DNA of 64,000 nt. Origin: a virus. The position numbers and the translations under genes are program-made. A model generated the notes under the pieces. It saw only the letters and a list, made by a program, of their open reading frames with translations, had not been told where the DNA came from and made no database searches. Position 1 is the stretch's first letter. Every line of letters starts with the position of its first letter. The stretch is taken from the IMG/VR virus record IMGVR_UViG_3300031857_000029; one strand, written 5' to 3'. This document shows, piece after piece, positions 46,343-56,582 of this stretch.

Positions 46343-47623
46343 ATGGCAGAGTTCGAATTTACGAACAAGCTTTTAAAGGAAGCAATCGCAGATGCAGAAG
46401 CAGTTCGTCAAACTGCTATTGAAAACGCAAAGCTTTCATTAGAAGAAACGTTCACACCCCAAATCAAGTCTATGTTATCACGTAGACTCCGTGCAGAAGC
46501 AGAAGGCATGGAACACGATGCAGAAGAAAAGGATGTAGAAACAAAGGAAGCACCAGAAGCAGAAAAGGAAGCACCAAAGGCAGCTCCAGTTGCTTCAGCA
46601 GAACCAAAGATGGAAACCGCAAAGGAACTTCCATTCCAAGACGGTGAAGCAGAAGGTTCATCAGAAATGCCAGCAGACTCATCAGACATCGGTGCAGGTG
46701 ACAATAAGGAACCATCCGATGCATCATTCGATTCAGCAGATGACGACATGAGTGGTGAAGATGCAGGTGAAAGTGATACCGATTGGTATGACGATTGGTC
46801 AGATGCAGATTTCGACCTTGACGAAGTAATCAAGGAACTTGAAGCAGACCTCAAGGAAGTCTCACATGACGAAGAAGAAAAGGAAGAAATGAAGGAAGAA
46901 GTAGAAGGCGAAGAACACGAAGAAGAAAAGGAAGACGAGAAGGAAGAAGAAATGGCAGATGAAGCATACCCAGCAGAAAATCCAGAAGCTGGTGTTGCAA
47001 AGCCAGAAATTCCAGCTAAGTCTTCAGATATCGGAACAGAAGCTGCACACACCGCAGCAGATGTAAATACTTTCGTAACTGAACCATCAGATGTAAATAA
47101 GATGGAAGGTGAAGAAATGGGAATGGAAAAAGGTCACGAAGAAGAAGGCGAAGAAGAACTTGATTTAGAAGCAATTCTCGCAGAATTGGAAGCCGAAGAT
47201 GAAAAGCATAAGGCATCATCCGAAAAAATGGCAACCCTAGAGAAAGAACTTGCAGAATATCGTCAGGCTGTAAAGCTCCTACGAGGCAAGCTACACGAAG
47301 TCAATCTTCTCAATGCAAAGCTCTTGTACACCAATAAGATTTTCCGTAAGGAAGGTTTGACTACTGAACAAAAGGTAATGGTCGTAGAAAACTTCGATCG
47401 TGCAACCACTGTTCGTGAAATCAAGATGGTATACACAGTTTTGGTAGAAACATTAACTTCCGCAGCAAAGGTAGTAAAGGCAACAAAGGCACCAAGTAAG
47501 GTGGTAGCAGAAGGGTTCGCAAGTAAGGCAACCCCAAGTACCGCTCCAAAGACTGAAGCACCAGCAGTTATCGCAGAAAACTCTGTTGCTAAGCGTTTAC
47601 AACAACTCGCAGGAATTATCTAA
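46343..47623 (+). CDS. Prohead scaffold/core protein (gp22-like)
   Basis: Very acidic; directly upstream of MCP; C-terminal RLQQLAGI. Confidence 0.75.
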   Translation: MAEFEFTNKLLKEAIADAEAVRQTAIENAKLSLEETFTPQIKSMLSRRLRAEAEGMEHDAEEKDVETKEAPEAEKEAPKAAPVASAEPKMETAKELPFQDGEAEGSSEMPADSSDIGAGDNKEPSDASFDSADDDMSGEDAGESDTDWYDDWSDADFDLDEVIKELEADLKEVSHDEEEKEEMKEEVEGEEHEEEKEDEKEEEMADEAYPAENPEAGVAKPEIPAKSSDIGTEAAHTAADVNTFVTEPSDVNKMEGEEMGMEKGHEEEGEEELDLEAILAELEAEDEKHKASSEKMATLEKELAEYRQAVKLLRGKLHEVNLLNAKLLYTNKIFRKEGLTTEQKVMVVENFDRATTVREIKMVYTVLVETLTSAAKVVKATKAPSKVVAEGFASKATPSTAPKTEAPAVIAENSVAKRLQQLAGII

Positions 47624-47641
47624 CCTCATAGGAGATTAAGC

Positions 47642-49237
47642 ATGTCAGACGTAAATTCATTAATCAACGAAGCCGGCTCAGCACACAAGGTTATCGTTGA
47701 ACAATCCCGCCAATTGGCAGGAAAGTGGGAAAAGTCAGGCCTTCTTGAAGGCATGAAGGGAGCAGAGAAGCAAGGTATGGCAGTAATGCTTGAAAACCAA
47801 GCTTCACAACTTCTCCAAGAAAACTCATACACCAACCTCGCAGGCACCGCAGGTGAACAATGGGCAGGTGTAGCACTTCCATTAGTTCGTAAGGTCTTCG
47901 GTTCAATCGCAGCTAAGAACTTCGTATCAGTCCAACCAATGAACCTTCCTTCAGGACTTGTGTTCTACATGGACTTCAAGTACGGCACAACTGTAAACGG
48001 AAAGACCTCAGGAACCTCACTCTATGGTAACGCACTTGGTTCACCATTTGGTGGCTTCGGTAACTCAGATGAAGGCGGCTTATACGGTGCAGGTCAATTT
48101 GCTTACACAGTAAATGATGCATCTTTGACCGGATTAACTACAGCTCCAGCATCTGCATCAGCATTATCAGACATCAACTTCAACTCAGATTACTCTGCTT
48201 CATTAGCAGCAGGTAACCTCTCGAAGTACTCAATCGCAACCAGTTCATTAACTGGTCTTGACAAGCTCGCAGTCCGCTCATTCATCCCATCAGGATCAGT
48301 AGTTGACTTCGCAGCATTAGTACTTCCAGAATTCACCAAGATTGTTGGTGCAAACGTAGTGTTTATCGTTAACACCAACGTAGCAGCAGGCAAGACCATC
48401 AACTCAGTTGCATACAGTAAGCAACCAACCGATTCAACCCGTGGTGATTTCGAAGATACAACTGGTGCAGATTTGAACATCCCACAAATCGACTTAGAAC
48501 TTAAGTCAGAAACAATCGTAGCAAAGACCCGTAAGTTGAAGGCAGTCTGGTCACCAGAACTTGCACAAGACTTGAACGCTTACCACAGTGTTGATGCAGA
48601 AGCTGAATTAACAGCAATGTTAAGTGATTACATCTCAACCGAAATCGACCTCGAAATCCTTGATATGTTAATCGCAGCTGTTCCAACTCAAACCACTGAA
48701 TACTGGTCAGCTGAAATCGGTCGTGTGTACAACTCATCTTCTGGTGCATTCGCAGCATCATCATATACTGGTACTGCATGGACCAACATGACCTGGTTCC
48801 AAACTCTCGGTCAAAAGATGCAAAAGGTAAGTAACAAGATTCATCAACTCACCATGCGTGGTGGTGCAAACTTCGCAGTATGTTCACCAACCGTCGCAAC
48901 AATCCTTGAAACCATCCCAGGCTTCATGGCAAACACAGATGGTGACAAGATGGAATTCGCAGGTGGCGTAACCAAGGTTGGTTCATTCCAAAACCGTTAC
49001 ACTATCTACAAGAACCCATACATGAAGGAAAACGTGTTGTTGATGGGCTTCCGTGGAAGTAACTTCCTCGAAACCGGTGCAGTATACGCACCATATATCC
49101 CACTCATCATGACTCCGCTCGTGTATGACCCAAACAACTTCACACCACGCCGTGGTGTAATGACCCGTTACGCAAAGAAGGTTGTACGCCCAGAATTCTT
49201 CGGAAAGGTGTACATCGACGGATTAAACTTAATCTAA
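47642..49237 (+). CDS. Major capsid protein (gp23-like)
   Basis: LENQ, VQPM..PSGLVF, AKTRKLKA.WSPELAQDL.AYH..DAEAEL, YAPYIPL, F.PRRGVMTRY. Confidence 0.97.
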   Translation: MSDVNSLINEAGSAHKVIVEQSRQLAGKWEKSGLLEGMKGAEKQGMAVMLENQASQLLQENSYTNLAGTAGEQWAGVALPLVRKVFGSIAAKNFVSVQPMNLPSGLVFYMDFKYGTTVNGKTSGTSLYGNALGSPFGGFGNSDEGGLYGAGQFAYTVNDASLTGLTTAPASASALSDINFNSDYSASLAAGNLSKYSIATSSLTGLDKLAVRSFIPSGSVVDFAALVLPEFTKIVGANVVFIVNTNVAAGKTINSVAYSKQPTDSTRGDFEDTTGADLNIPQIDLELKSETIVAKTRKLKAVWSPELAQDLNAYHSVDAEAELTAMLSDYISTEIDLEILDMLIAAVPTQTTEYWSAEIGRVYNSSSGAFAASSYTGTAWTNMTWFQTLGQKMQKVSNKIHQLTMRGGANFAVCSPTVATILETIPGFMANTDGDKMEFAGGVTKVGSFQNRYTIYKNPYMKENVLLMGFRGSNFLETGAVYAPYIPLIMTPLVYDPNNFTPRRGVMTRYAKKVVRPEFFGKVYIDGLNLI

Positions 49238-49263
49238 TCCTCGTAGTAACGGTGGGAATAAAT

Positions 49264-49289
49264 GGGGTGGCCGAAAGGTCACCCTTTTT
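49264..49289 (+). terminator. Intrinsic terminator after MCP
   Basis: ggggtggcc-gaaa-ggtcaccc-ttttt. Confidence 0.85.
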
Positions 49290-49358
49290 ATTTGCCTTAA
49301 AATACTACTTAATGATTTAATAAAACTATTTATTGTAAGTCCCTAATTAGAGATTATT

Positions 49359-50513
49359 ATGGAAACACAAGAACCAATATTCTATGATGGTAGTCCTTCA
49401 AATCCATTTGGAATAACTCCATTCGGATTCTATGATAGCGATTCTGAATTCCAAACGGATGCTCCAAGAGCAGCAGAATTCGTTGCAAGAAAACTTGGAT
49501 GGCCTGTTGTAGAAGTTGAATTAATTGATAAACAAATTTATGCGTGTTTTGAAGAAGCTATTACCACATATGGTAATCAAGTCAATCAATTTAATGCGCG
49601 TGAACATATGATGACTTTACAAGGGGTATCAACAGCTACTTCCGCAACACAACGTAATATCGTCGGGTCTGCTATTCCACAAGTAGTAAAGTTAGCAACA
49701 GACTATGGCGTAGAAGCACAATCTGGTGGTGATGTTACCGTAAAACAAGGTTATATCTCTGCTTCTATGGGTACACAAAGTTATGACATTAAAACTTTGT
49801 GGGCAGATGTTAGTGAAAGTGGTAAGAAGTTAGAAATTCGTCGTATTTACCATTACATGCCACCAGCAGTCGCTCGTTACTATGACCCGTTCGCAACAAC
49901 TGGTCTTGGGTTGACTAACTTGATGGCAGAATTTGGATTCGATGGATATTCACCACCGGTGACCTTCGTGATGATGCCAGCCTACGAAGATTTACTCCGT
50001 ATTCAAGCAATCGAAATCAACGATATGATTCGTAAGAGTCAATATGGATTCGAAGTGTCAAATAATATTATTAGATTCTCACCAGTATTTAAAGAATCAA
50101 AGACAATATGGTTTGACTATATGATAGTAGATGATAAGCAAGCAAATACATTCCAATCTGGGTCAAATATCGCAAGTGATTTATCGAATGTCCCATATAC
50201 CAATATCAATTACACAAAAACCAATGATATGTCACGACTATGGATATTCCGTTATACACTTGCATTAGCAAAAGAACTTCTTGGTATCATTCGTTCTAAG
50301 TTTGAAAATATTCCATATCCAGACGGACAAATTCGTTTGGACGGCGAAATTCTTAGAAGAGAAGCTATTGCTGAAAAAGAAGGATTAATTAAAGAACTTC
50401 GTGAAACACTTGAAGAAACTGGAATGCAAGCACAAATGAAGAAGCAAATGGAAAATTCAGAAAATATGCAAAAGATGTTCAAGAATGTTCCTACTCTCAT
50501 TTACATAGGTTAA
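49359..50513 (+). CDS. Neck protein (gp13-like)
   Basis: RKLG.P.VEVEL...Q, W..RY.LALAKE.LG..RSKF...P.P.G...LDG. Confidence 0.85.
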   Translation: METQEPIFYDGSPSNPFGITPFGFYDSDSEFQTDAPRAAEFVARKLGWPVVEVELIDKQIYACFEEAITTYGNQVNQFNAREHMMTLQGVSTATSATQRNIVGSAIPQVVKLATDYGVEAQSGGDVTVKQGYISASMGTQSYDIKTLWADVSESGKKLEIRRIYHYMPPAVARYYDPFATTGLGLTNLMAEFGFDGYSPPVTFVMMPAYEDLLRIQAIEINDMIRKSQYGFEVSNNIIRFSPVFKESKTIWFDYMIVDDKQANTFQSGSNIASDLSNVPYTNINYTKTNDMSRLWIFRYTLALAKELLGIIRSKFENIPYPDGQIRLDGEILRREAIAEKEGLIKELRETLEETGMQAQMKKQMENSENMQKMFKNVPTLIYIG

Positions 50514-50516
50514 TCA

Positions 50517-50975
50517 ATGGCACGCTTCGTTACAAAACGAGATTTTGAATTTATCCAACACATCACTCGGGAATTGATTGATGAAACGATGGATGTTGCT
50601 GTTGTATTATATAAAATTGTAGTGGAATCTGCTAAGGTAAATATCTATGGAGAAAGCACTGTAAAACCTAGATATACTCCTGTCAAAGTTAACGCTATCG
50701 TCAAATATGATAAAAATACACTAGCAAGAGATGAAGGATTTGGACTAAATCAAGAACAGCAAACAGAGTTTAGATTTGCTCGTCGTATGTTACAAGATGT
50801 TAACACCTATCCAGAAATTGGTGATATTATCGGATATAATAATCATTTTTATGAAGTCCACAATATCACAGAAACACAACTTATTGCAGGTAAGCCAGGG
50901 TTTAATACCGCAATCATTTGTATGGCACACTTAACTCGTCGTACAAGTATTGATATTGAAGAGGCACAAGTATGA
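50517..50975 (+). CDS. Neck/head-completion protein (gp14-like)
   Basis: N.YGES, P.IGDII; position after gp13-like gene. Confidence 0.65.
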   Translation: MARFVTKRDFEFIQHITRELIDETMDVAVVLYKIVVESAKVNIYGESTVKPRYTPVKVNAIVKYDKNTLARDEGFGLNQEQQTEFRFARRMLQDVNTYPEIGDIIGYNNHFYEVHNITETQLIAGKPGFNTAIICMAHLTRRTSIDIEEAQV

Positions 50976-51769
50976 CCTTCGACCCAGAATATAAAGAACC
51001 TGTAAAGATTGTTAATGATAGCCAACAATCCCCAAGGTTACAGAGTAGAGCAGACGATACGGTAACAGATTCTCCAGCAATTAAAGTTACATTATACACA
51101 GTTGATAATGCAATTTTAAAATATATGAATGACCGCATTAAACCAATTGTAACACAAAATGGGTCACAAGTTAAAGTACCGGTATTGTATGGTGACCCAG
51201 AACGATGGAAGTCTGCTCAACGGGATGGAGTTATGCGTGATTCTATTGGAAAGATACAACTTCCAATGATTATGCTTCGCAGAACATCAATGAAAAAGAC
51301 TCTAATTAATTCTGCGGTCAACAAATATTATGACAGAACATTTTATTCTGGGTGGAACAGACGGACACCATATGACCAATTTAGTGTTGTAAACAAAGTA
51401 GTTCCAAGTCGAGAATATTTTAATACAACGGCAGCTCCAGACTATTATGAATTTACATATAAATGTATGGTCTGGACTGAATATATGGAACAGATGAATA
51501 GTATTGTTGAAAATATCTCATTTGAAAGTGACGAATTTTGGGGCGAAAGAAACAACTATAAATTTCGTACTATTATTAAGGGATTTGAACCACTTACCGA
51601 ACTACCAAATACCTCCGACCGCGTGGTACGCACTCAATTCGATATGACCGTATACGCATACCTATTACCAGAGTCACAATTAGATGTTGGTGGTAATAGA
51701 GGATTGGTCACAAAGAAGCGCTATGGAGTCAAAAAAGTGGTCACTTTTACTGAAATAGAAAGTGAATAA
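50972..51769 (+). CDS. Tail terminator/sheath stabiliser (gp15-like)
   Basis: KVPV.YG.PERW, LPMI, QMN.IVE. Confidence 0.7.
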   Translation: MTFDPEYKEPVKIVNDSQQSPRLQSRADDTVTDSPAIKVTLYTVDNAILKYMNDRIKPIVTQNGSQVKVPVLYGDPERWKSAQRDGVMRDSIGKIQLPMIMLRRTSMKKTLINSAVNKYYDRTFYSGWNRRTPYDQFSVVNKVVPSREYFNTTAAPDYYEFTYKCMVWTEYMEQMNSIVENISFESDEFWGERNNYKFRTIIKGFEPLTELPNTSDRVVRTQFDMTVYAYLLPESQLDVGGNRGLVTKKRYGVKKVVTFTEIESE

Positions 51770-51835
51770 TTGATGTTTAGGTAAAAAAACAGATATTTAT
51801 TATACGAGTTGTATTGTACACAAAAAGAGGTTATT

Positions 51836-52102
51836 ATGGCTGAAATCACAAAAGAAGAGCTGGAACAAATTAGTAGTTTGCGAAATAAGCTCGCAACGGT
51901 AGTCTCTGATTCTGGACAATTGACATTACAAATTCAATTACTCCAAGCAGATATTGTAGAACTGAATAATAAACTTGGTGAACAGACTAAGTTGTTCAAG
52001 GGGCTGTTAGAAGAAGAACAAGTATTAATCAAAGGGTTATCTGAAAAGTATGGCGCTGGTCAAATCAACTTTGAAACCGGCGAATTTACACCAGAGAAAT
52101 AA
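51836..52102 (+). CDS. Small coiled-coil protein
   Basis: SD GAGG before ATG 51836; L.EKYG.G.IN..TGEF. Confidence 0.75.
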   Translation: MAEITKEELEQISSLRNKLATVVSDSGQLTLQIQLLQADIVELNNKLGEQTKLFKGLLEEEQVLIKGLSEKYGAGQINFETGEFTPEK

Positions 52103-52127
52103 CAAAATTTAGTTTGGAGAATACCGT

Positions 52128-54464
52128 ATGGCAGAAAGAATCGTGTCGCCTGGTGTCTTTACACAAGAACGCGACCAAACATTCCTCGCTCAAGGCGTTG
52201 CTGAAATAGGCGCGGCGTTTGTTGGTCCAACCACAAAAGGACCAGCATTCGTAGCTACCCCAGTTCAAGGACTAGATGGATTCGTCACCTCATTTGGTGA
52301 ACCAGATGGTACTTCTTATATGGGATACACCGTTAAGAACTACCTTCAAGAAGCAGGTAGTGCAACAATCGTTCGTGTTCTTGGTTTAGCTGGATACACA
52401 ACCAGTGTCGCAACTATCTTCGCTTCTGGTTCAGCTGGAAATAAGGTATTCGCAGTTCTTCATCCGACTGTATCAGGAAGTTCACTTAGTAGTGTAGTGG
52501 TAGGTGGTACCACATCAAGTTTCAGTGTAGTGGTCAGTAGTTCCGCTGCAATTCATTATTCAGCAAGTGTAGTAAGTCCAACAGAAACAAATTCTTCATT
52601 CATCAACCAAGTATTTGGTACCGATGCACAAGGTAAGAGTTCAACTATTCCTGCATATGTTTATGCAGTGTTTCCAGATGCACTCAGTCAAGTTGGTTCA
52701 TTCGCTGGAGAATTAATCCATTTCTCAGCAAGTATTAACACACTAAATTTAGCAACTCAATATGATAATGCAACCACTCCTTTTATTCGTTCACAAACCA
52801 TCGGTGGTACAAAGTATAACTTGTTTAAGGTACACACATTAAGTGATGGTACTGGTGCAAACAAAGAAATTAAGATTTCTATTACTGGTATTTCACCAAG
52901 TACAAATCCAGACAGCGATTATGGTACATTTACTCTCAATGTTCGTGAATTTGGTGACACGGACACATCACCAGTTGTACTTGAAAGTTTCAATAATTTA
53001 AACTTTGACCCAACTAGTCCAAACTATATTGCACGGGTCATCGGTAACAGTGTACCAACATATGATTCAAGCACGGGATTAACTAATTATGAAGGTGATT
53101 ATCCAAACCTTTCAAAGTATATTCGTGTAGAAATGAGTGAAGATGTAATCCCAGATACCGCAGTACCATATGGATTCGCAGCATTGAATTCAATATTTTC
53201 ATCAACCGCAGGTGAAGTACCGTTACACGCATATGTAAACAGTCGTTGGGTAAGTGCAAGTGTTGCTGGATACAATGCAGACGCAACTGGTCCAAACACT
53301 AACTACTACGGATTCAACTTTGATGGTACATACGTATCTGGTAGTGGTTTTACCGCAGAATCATATCTCGCACCAACAGTAGGTTCAAATACGGTTGGTG
53401 GTGAATTCAATATTGAAAATCTTCCAGCAACAGAAGTTAATGGAAGTTCAATTTCATTAACCAATCGTGACCACACAACCTATCGTCGTTTCTCAGTTCC
53501 ATTCCAAGGTGGATTCGATGGATTTAAGCCAAACCGTGAAATCGCACTTGGTGGTGCAATCACCGCAACAAATACTCAAGGATTCAATCTTAACGGTGCA
53601 GCAGCATCTGGTTCAGTAGAATACAAGAGAGCATTAAATCAATTAAGTAATGCAGATGCAGTAGACTTCAACCTCTTGGTCGTACCTGGTGTTATCTACT
53701 CGCAACACACCAATGTTGCACAAACTGCAATCGACATCTGTGAACAACGTGGAGATTGCTTTTTCATTCTAGACCTCGATGTACTTGAAGCAACAATTAC
53801 TTCAGTGACTTCATACGCAGAACTTCTTGATACTAATTACGCAGCTGCTTACTATCCTTGGGTTCGTGTTCTTGATGACATTACTGGTAAGTTTATTTAT
53901 GCACCTCCTTCAGTAGTACTTCCAGAAGTGTATCAATATAGTGATAATGTTGGCGCAGAATGGTTTGCACCAGCAGGCTTGAATCGTGGTGGTATTCCAG
54001 GCGCAATCGGTGTCAAGGCCAGATTAACACAAGCACAACGCGACGAATTGTACGAATCAAGAGTCAATCCAATCGCACAGTTCCCAGGCCAAGGTATCTG
54101 TGTATGGGGACAAAAGACACTTCAACGCCGTGCATCAGCACTTGACCGTGTAAATGTCCGTCGTCTTCTTATCACTGTTAAGAAGTACATCGCAAGTTCA
54201 GCACGTTACTTGGTCTTCGAACAAAATACCGAAGCAACTCGTACACGTTTCTTGAACATTGTCAATCCATATCTCGCAGGTATTCAACAACGTTCTGGTT
54301 TGACCGCATTCCGTGTGGTTATGGACGAAACCAATAATACACCAGATATTATTGACCGTAACATCTTGGCTGGGGCAATCTTCCTCCAACCAACTCGTAC
54401 CGCAGAATTCATCCAGTTGGATTTCAACATTCTCCCAACTGGTGCAACCTTCGATACCATCTAA
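52128..54464 (+). CDS. Tail sheath protein (gp18-like)
   Basis: SPGVF..E.D, GP..KGP, Y.A.YYPWV, WFAPAGLNRG, NPI..FPG.G..VWGQKTL, RVNVRRL, P..TAEFI. Confidence 0.95.
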   Translation: MAERIVSPGVFTQERDQTFLAQGVAEIGAAFVGPTTKGPAFVATPVQGLDGFVTSFGEPDGTSYMGYTVKNYLQEAGSATIVRVLGLAGYTTSVATIFASGSAGNKVFAVLHPTVSGSSLSSVVVGGTTSSFSVVVSSSAAIHYSASVVSPTETNSSFINQVFGTDAQGKSSTIPAYVYAVFPDALSQVGSFAGELIHFSASINTLNLATQYDNATTPFIRSQTIGGTKYNLFKVHTLSDGTGANKEIKISITGISPSTNPDSDYGTFTLNVREFGDTDTSPVVLESFNNLNFDPTSPNYIARVIGNSVPTYDSSTGLTNYEGDYPNLSKYIRVEMSEDVIPDTAVPYGFAALNSIFSSTAGEVPLHAYVNSRWVSASVAGYNADATGPNTNYYGFNFDGTYVSGSGFTAESYLAPTVGSNTVGGEFNIENLPATEVNGSSISLTNRDHTTYRRFSVPFQGGFDGFKPNREIALGGAITATNTQGFNLNGAAASGSVEYKRALNQLSNADAVDFNLLVVPGVIYSQHTNVAQTAIDICEQRGDCFFILDLDVLEATITSVTSYAELLDTNYAAAYYPWVRVLDDITGKFIYAPPSVVLPEVYQYSDNVGAEWFAPAGLNRGGIPGAIGVKARLTQAQRDELYESRVNPIAQFPGQGICVWGQKTLQRRASALDRVNVRRLLITVKKYIASSARYLVFEQNTEATRTRFLNIVNPYLAGIQQRSGLTAFRVVMDETNNTPDIIDRNILAGAIFLQPTRTAEFIQLDFNILPTGATFDTI

Positions 54465-54521
54465 TCAGTTTTTTCAATAACCACTATTTATTAAAGTACC
54501 AATCTATATCTGGAGAGCCAT

Positions 54522-55010
54522 ATGGCAAATTTGGTCAATGAACAAGAACTATTTTTCACCGCATTCGAACCAAAGACTGCGAATCGCTATATTATGTCTA
54601 TCGACGGAATTCCTTCCTATCTTATCAAGAAGGCAGACCGTCCAAAGATTACCCAAGAAAAGAAGCGTTTAGACCACATCAATCTACAACGCTACATCAA
54701 GGGTAAGACTGTATGGGATGAAATGGTATTAGAATTATATGACCCAATCGTACCATCAGGTGCACAAGCAGTAATGGAATGGGTTCGTCTTCACCACGAA
54801 TCAGTCACCGGCCGTGACGGATATGCAGAATTCTACAAGAAGGACATCATCATTAATGTTCTTGGTCCAGTAGGTGATAAGGTTGAAGAATGGATTCTTA
54901 AGGGCGCACAAATCACCAAAGTTGAATTCGGTGAAATGAGTTGGGAAAAGGACGACCCTATGTCCATCTCATTGACCATCCAACCAGACTACTGCATCCT
55001 CAACTACTAA
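54522..55010 (+). CDS. Tail tube protein (gp19-like)
   Basis: Follows the sheath gene; EPK..NRY, W....L..YDP, EW.LKGA. Confidence 0.85.
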   Translation: MANLVNEQELFFTAFEPKTANRYIMSIDGIPSYLIKKADRPKITQEKKRLDHINLQRYIKGKTVWDEMVLELYDPIVPSGAQAVMEWVRLHHESVTGRDGYAEFYKKDIIINVLGPVGDKVEEWILKGAQITKVEFGEMSWEKDDPMSISLTIQPDYCILNY

Positions 55011-55024
55011 TATTGTAGTAAAAG

Positions 55025-55056
55025 CAAAAACCCCACCTAAAAAGTGGGGTTTTTTG
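55025..55056 (+). terminator. Intrinsic (possibly bidirectional) terminator
   Basis: aaaaa-ccccac-loop-gtgggg-tttttt. Confidence 0.85.
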
Positions 55057-55112
55057 TTATATACCAATACTTAGTGATACTTATATAAAGGTGTATTTTT
55101 TCGAGGAAGACT

Positions 55113-55451
55113 ATGGCAGAAATTACTGAATTCAACATTGGTCAAGGGGAAACTTTCAAAATATTGACCAGCCTAGAAAATATAGATACAGATTCTTACT
55201 TAGATATAACAAATTATACATTTACTGGCCAAGTTCGTGAAAATTTTAGCACGGATGAAATTGCTGCTACATTTACGATTACAAAAATAAATCCACAGAC
55301 TTCGGGAAGTTTCTATATAGAATTAAGCCCTTCGGATACAAGTGCATTAACACAGCGTAAGTATGTGTATGATGTCAAGATGACCAGTGGTTCCATCACT
55401 CGTCGTGTTCTTGAAGGATACTTTGTCGTTCGCCCAGCTGCTACGAGATAA
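55113..55451 (+). CDS. Virion protein (fibre-attachment-like)
   Basis: I.QG.TF...DIT.YT...QVR...YVYDV...R.LEG. Confidence 0.65.
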   Translation: MAEITEFNIGQGETFKILTSLENIDTDSYLDITNYTFTGQVRENFSTDEIAATFTITKINPQTSGSFYIELSPSDTSALTQRKYVYDVKMTSGSITRRVLEGYFVVRPAATR

Positions 55452-55454
55452 TAG

Positions 55455-56534
55455 ATGAGTAATTTTATCGTCAATACCGATATTCCAAATCTTCGGGTTG
55501 TTGTTAGAGAAGGTGACCAATATAATATAAACATCGTCCCAGGTAGAATTACTACACAAGTCACTGGGTCGTTTACTAGTTACGCAGATATGGCCGGAAT
55601 GGCAGCATCTGCTTCATATGTTAGTGGTGCAGGTGTATTCGCAGAGTTTGCAACATCGGCAAGTTATGCACAAACCGCAGAAACTATAAATTTTGCAACG
55701 GTAACAGATAATAGAAGATTTCCTGTTGTATTTATCAGCGGTTCCCGTATATCCACAGATACGACAGGACATTTTGGATTTAATCCGAACACGCACACAG
55801 TAACTATTAGTGGTAGCCTTGACCAAGATGGTGGAGTCGCAAGTCTATCACCACGAAGTATACTATTCTTTTCCGGTAGTAGTTCTGCAATATTAGACAA
55901 GTATGGAATGTATGCTAATTCCGAAGGTAAACTAATAGGATTAGCATCGAACCCATCACAAATAGATCCATTTTTATCGGGTAATACCGACCCTGCAATA
56001 TTTCTTACATCGGGTAGTGGATTTAACAGTGCATACATACCAGTACAATTTCAAGCATCAGGAAGTTATACCGACGGTCGGGTAACAGTAAATACTCCAC
56101 TTTTAGCAAAACAAAGTGTAGAAGTCACTGGATCAGCTACAATAACGGAATTTGTAAAATCTAATGAATACAAGTTAAATGCAGGTACAGTTTCAATCAT
56201 ATTCACGGGTTCAATTAATCAAGGTATATTTGGGGTAACTGAATATATCCAACCCTACATTTCTACCACAGAATACTCAGGAATGACAGTAGAATACCTC
56301 GCCCAACGACCAGGCGCATGCAGAATGGGTATTATTATGGCATCGTGGTTAGATACAGCCAGTATTGTATTTACTGATATTTCCACTACCGATATCGGGG
56401 ATACAAGTGATATAACATTTAGATTTTTAAGTAGTTCAAATGAATTACGGTTACGGGTCAATAGTGACGGGTCAGGCAGTGGAGCTTGGACTGTACAAAG
56501 TTTATTCAAATTGTTTCCAAATTTGAGTTCTTAA
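55455..56534 (+). CDS. Fibre-like virion protein
   Basis: Ser/Thr-rich; C-terminal domain shared with the next gene. Confidence 0.65.
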   Translation: MSNFIVNTDIPNLRVVVREGDQYNINIVPGRITTQVTGSFTSYADMAGMAASASYVSGAGVFAEFATSASYAQTAETINFATVTDNRRFPVVFISGSRISTDTTGHFGFNPNTHTVTISGSLDQDGGVASLSPRSILFFSGSSSAILDKYGMYANSEGKLIGLASNPSQIDPFLSGNTDPAIFLTSGSGFNSAYIPVQFQASGSYTDGRVTVNTPLLAKQSVEVTGSATITEFVKSNEYKLNAGTVSIIFTGSINQGIFGVTEYIQPYISTTEYSGMTVEYLAQRPGACRMGIIMASWLDTASIVFTDISTTDIGDTSDITFRFLSSSNELRLRVNSDGSGSGAWTVQSLFKLFPNLSS

Positions 56535-56582
56535 AGAAGTATTTAATATTTATATACAATAAAACCCCGTTGGGAGAACCGT

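Noticed and set aside
46408-47052. 214-aa Ser-rich minus-strand ORF
   Set aside because: Antisense shadow of the Glu-rich scaffold gene
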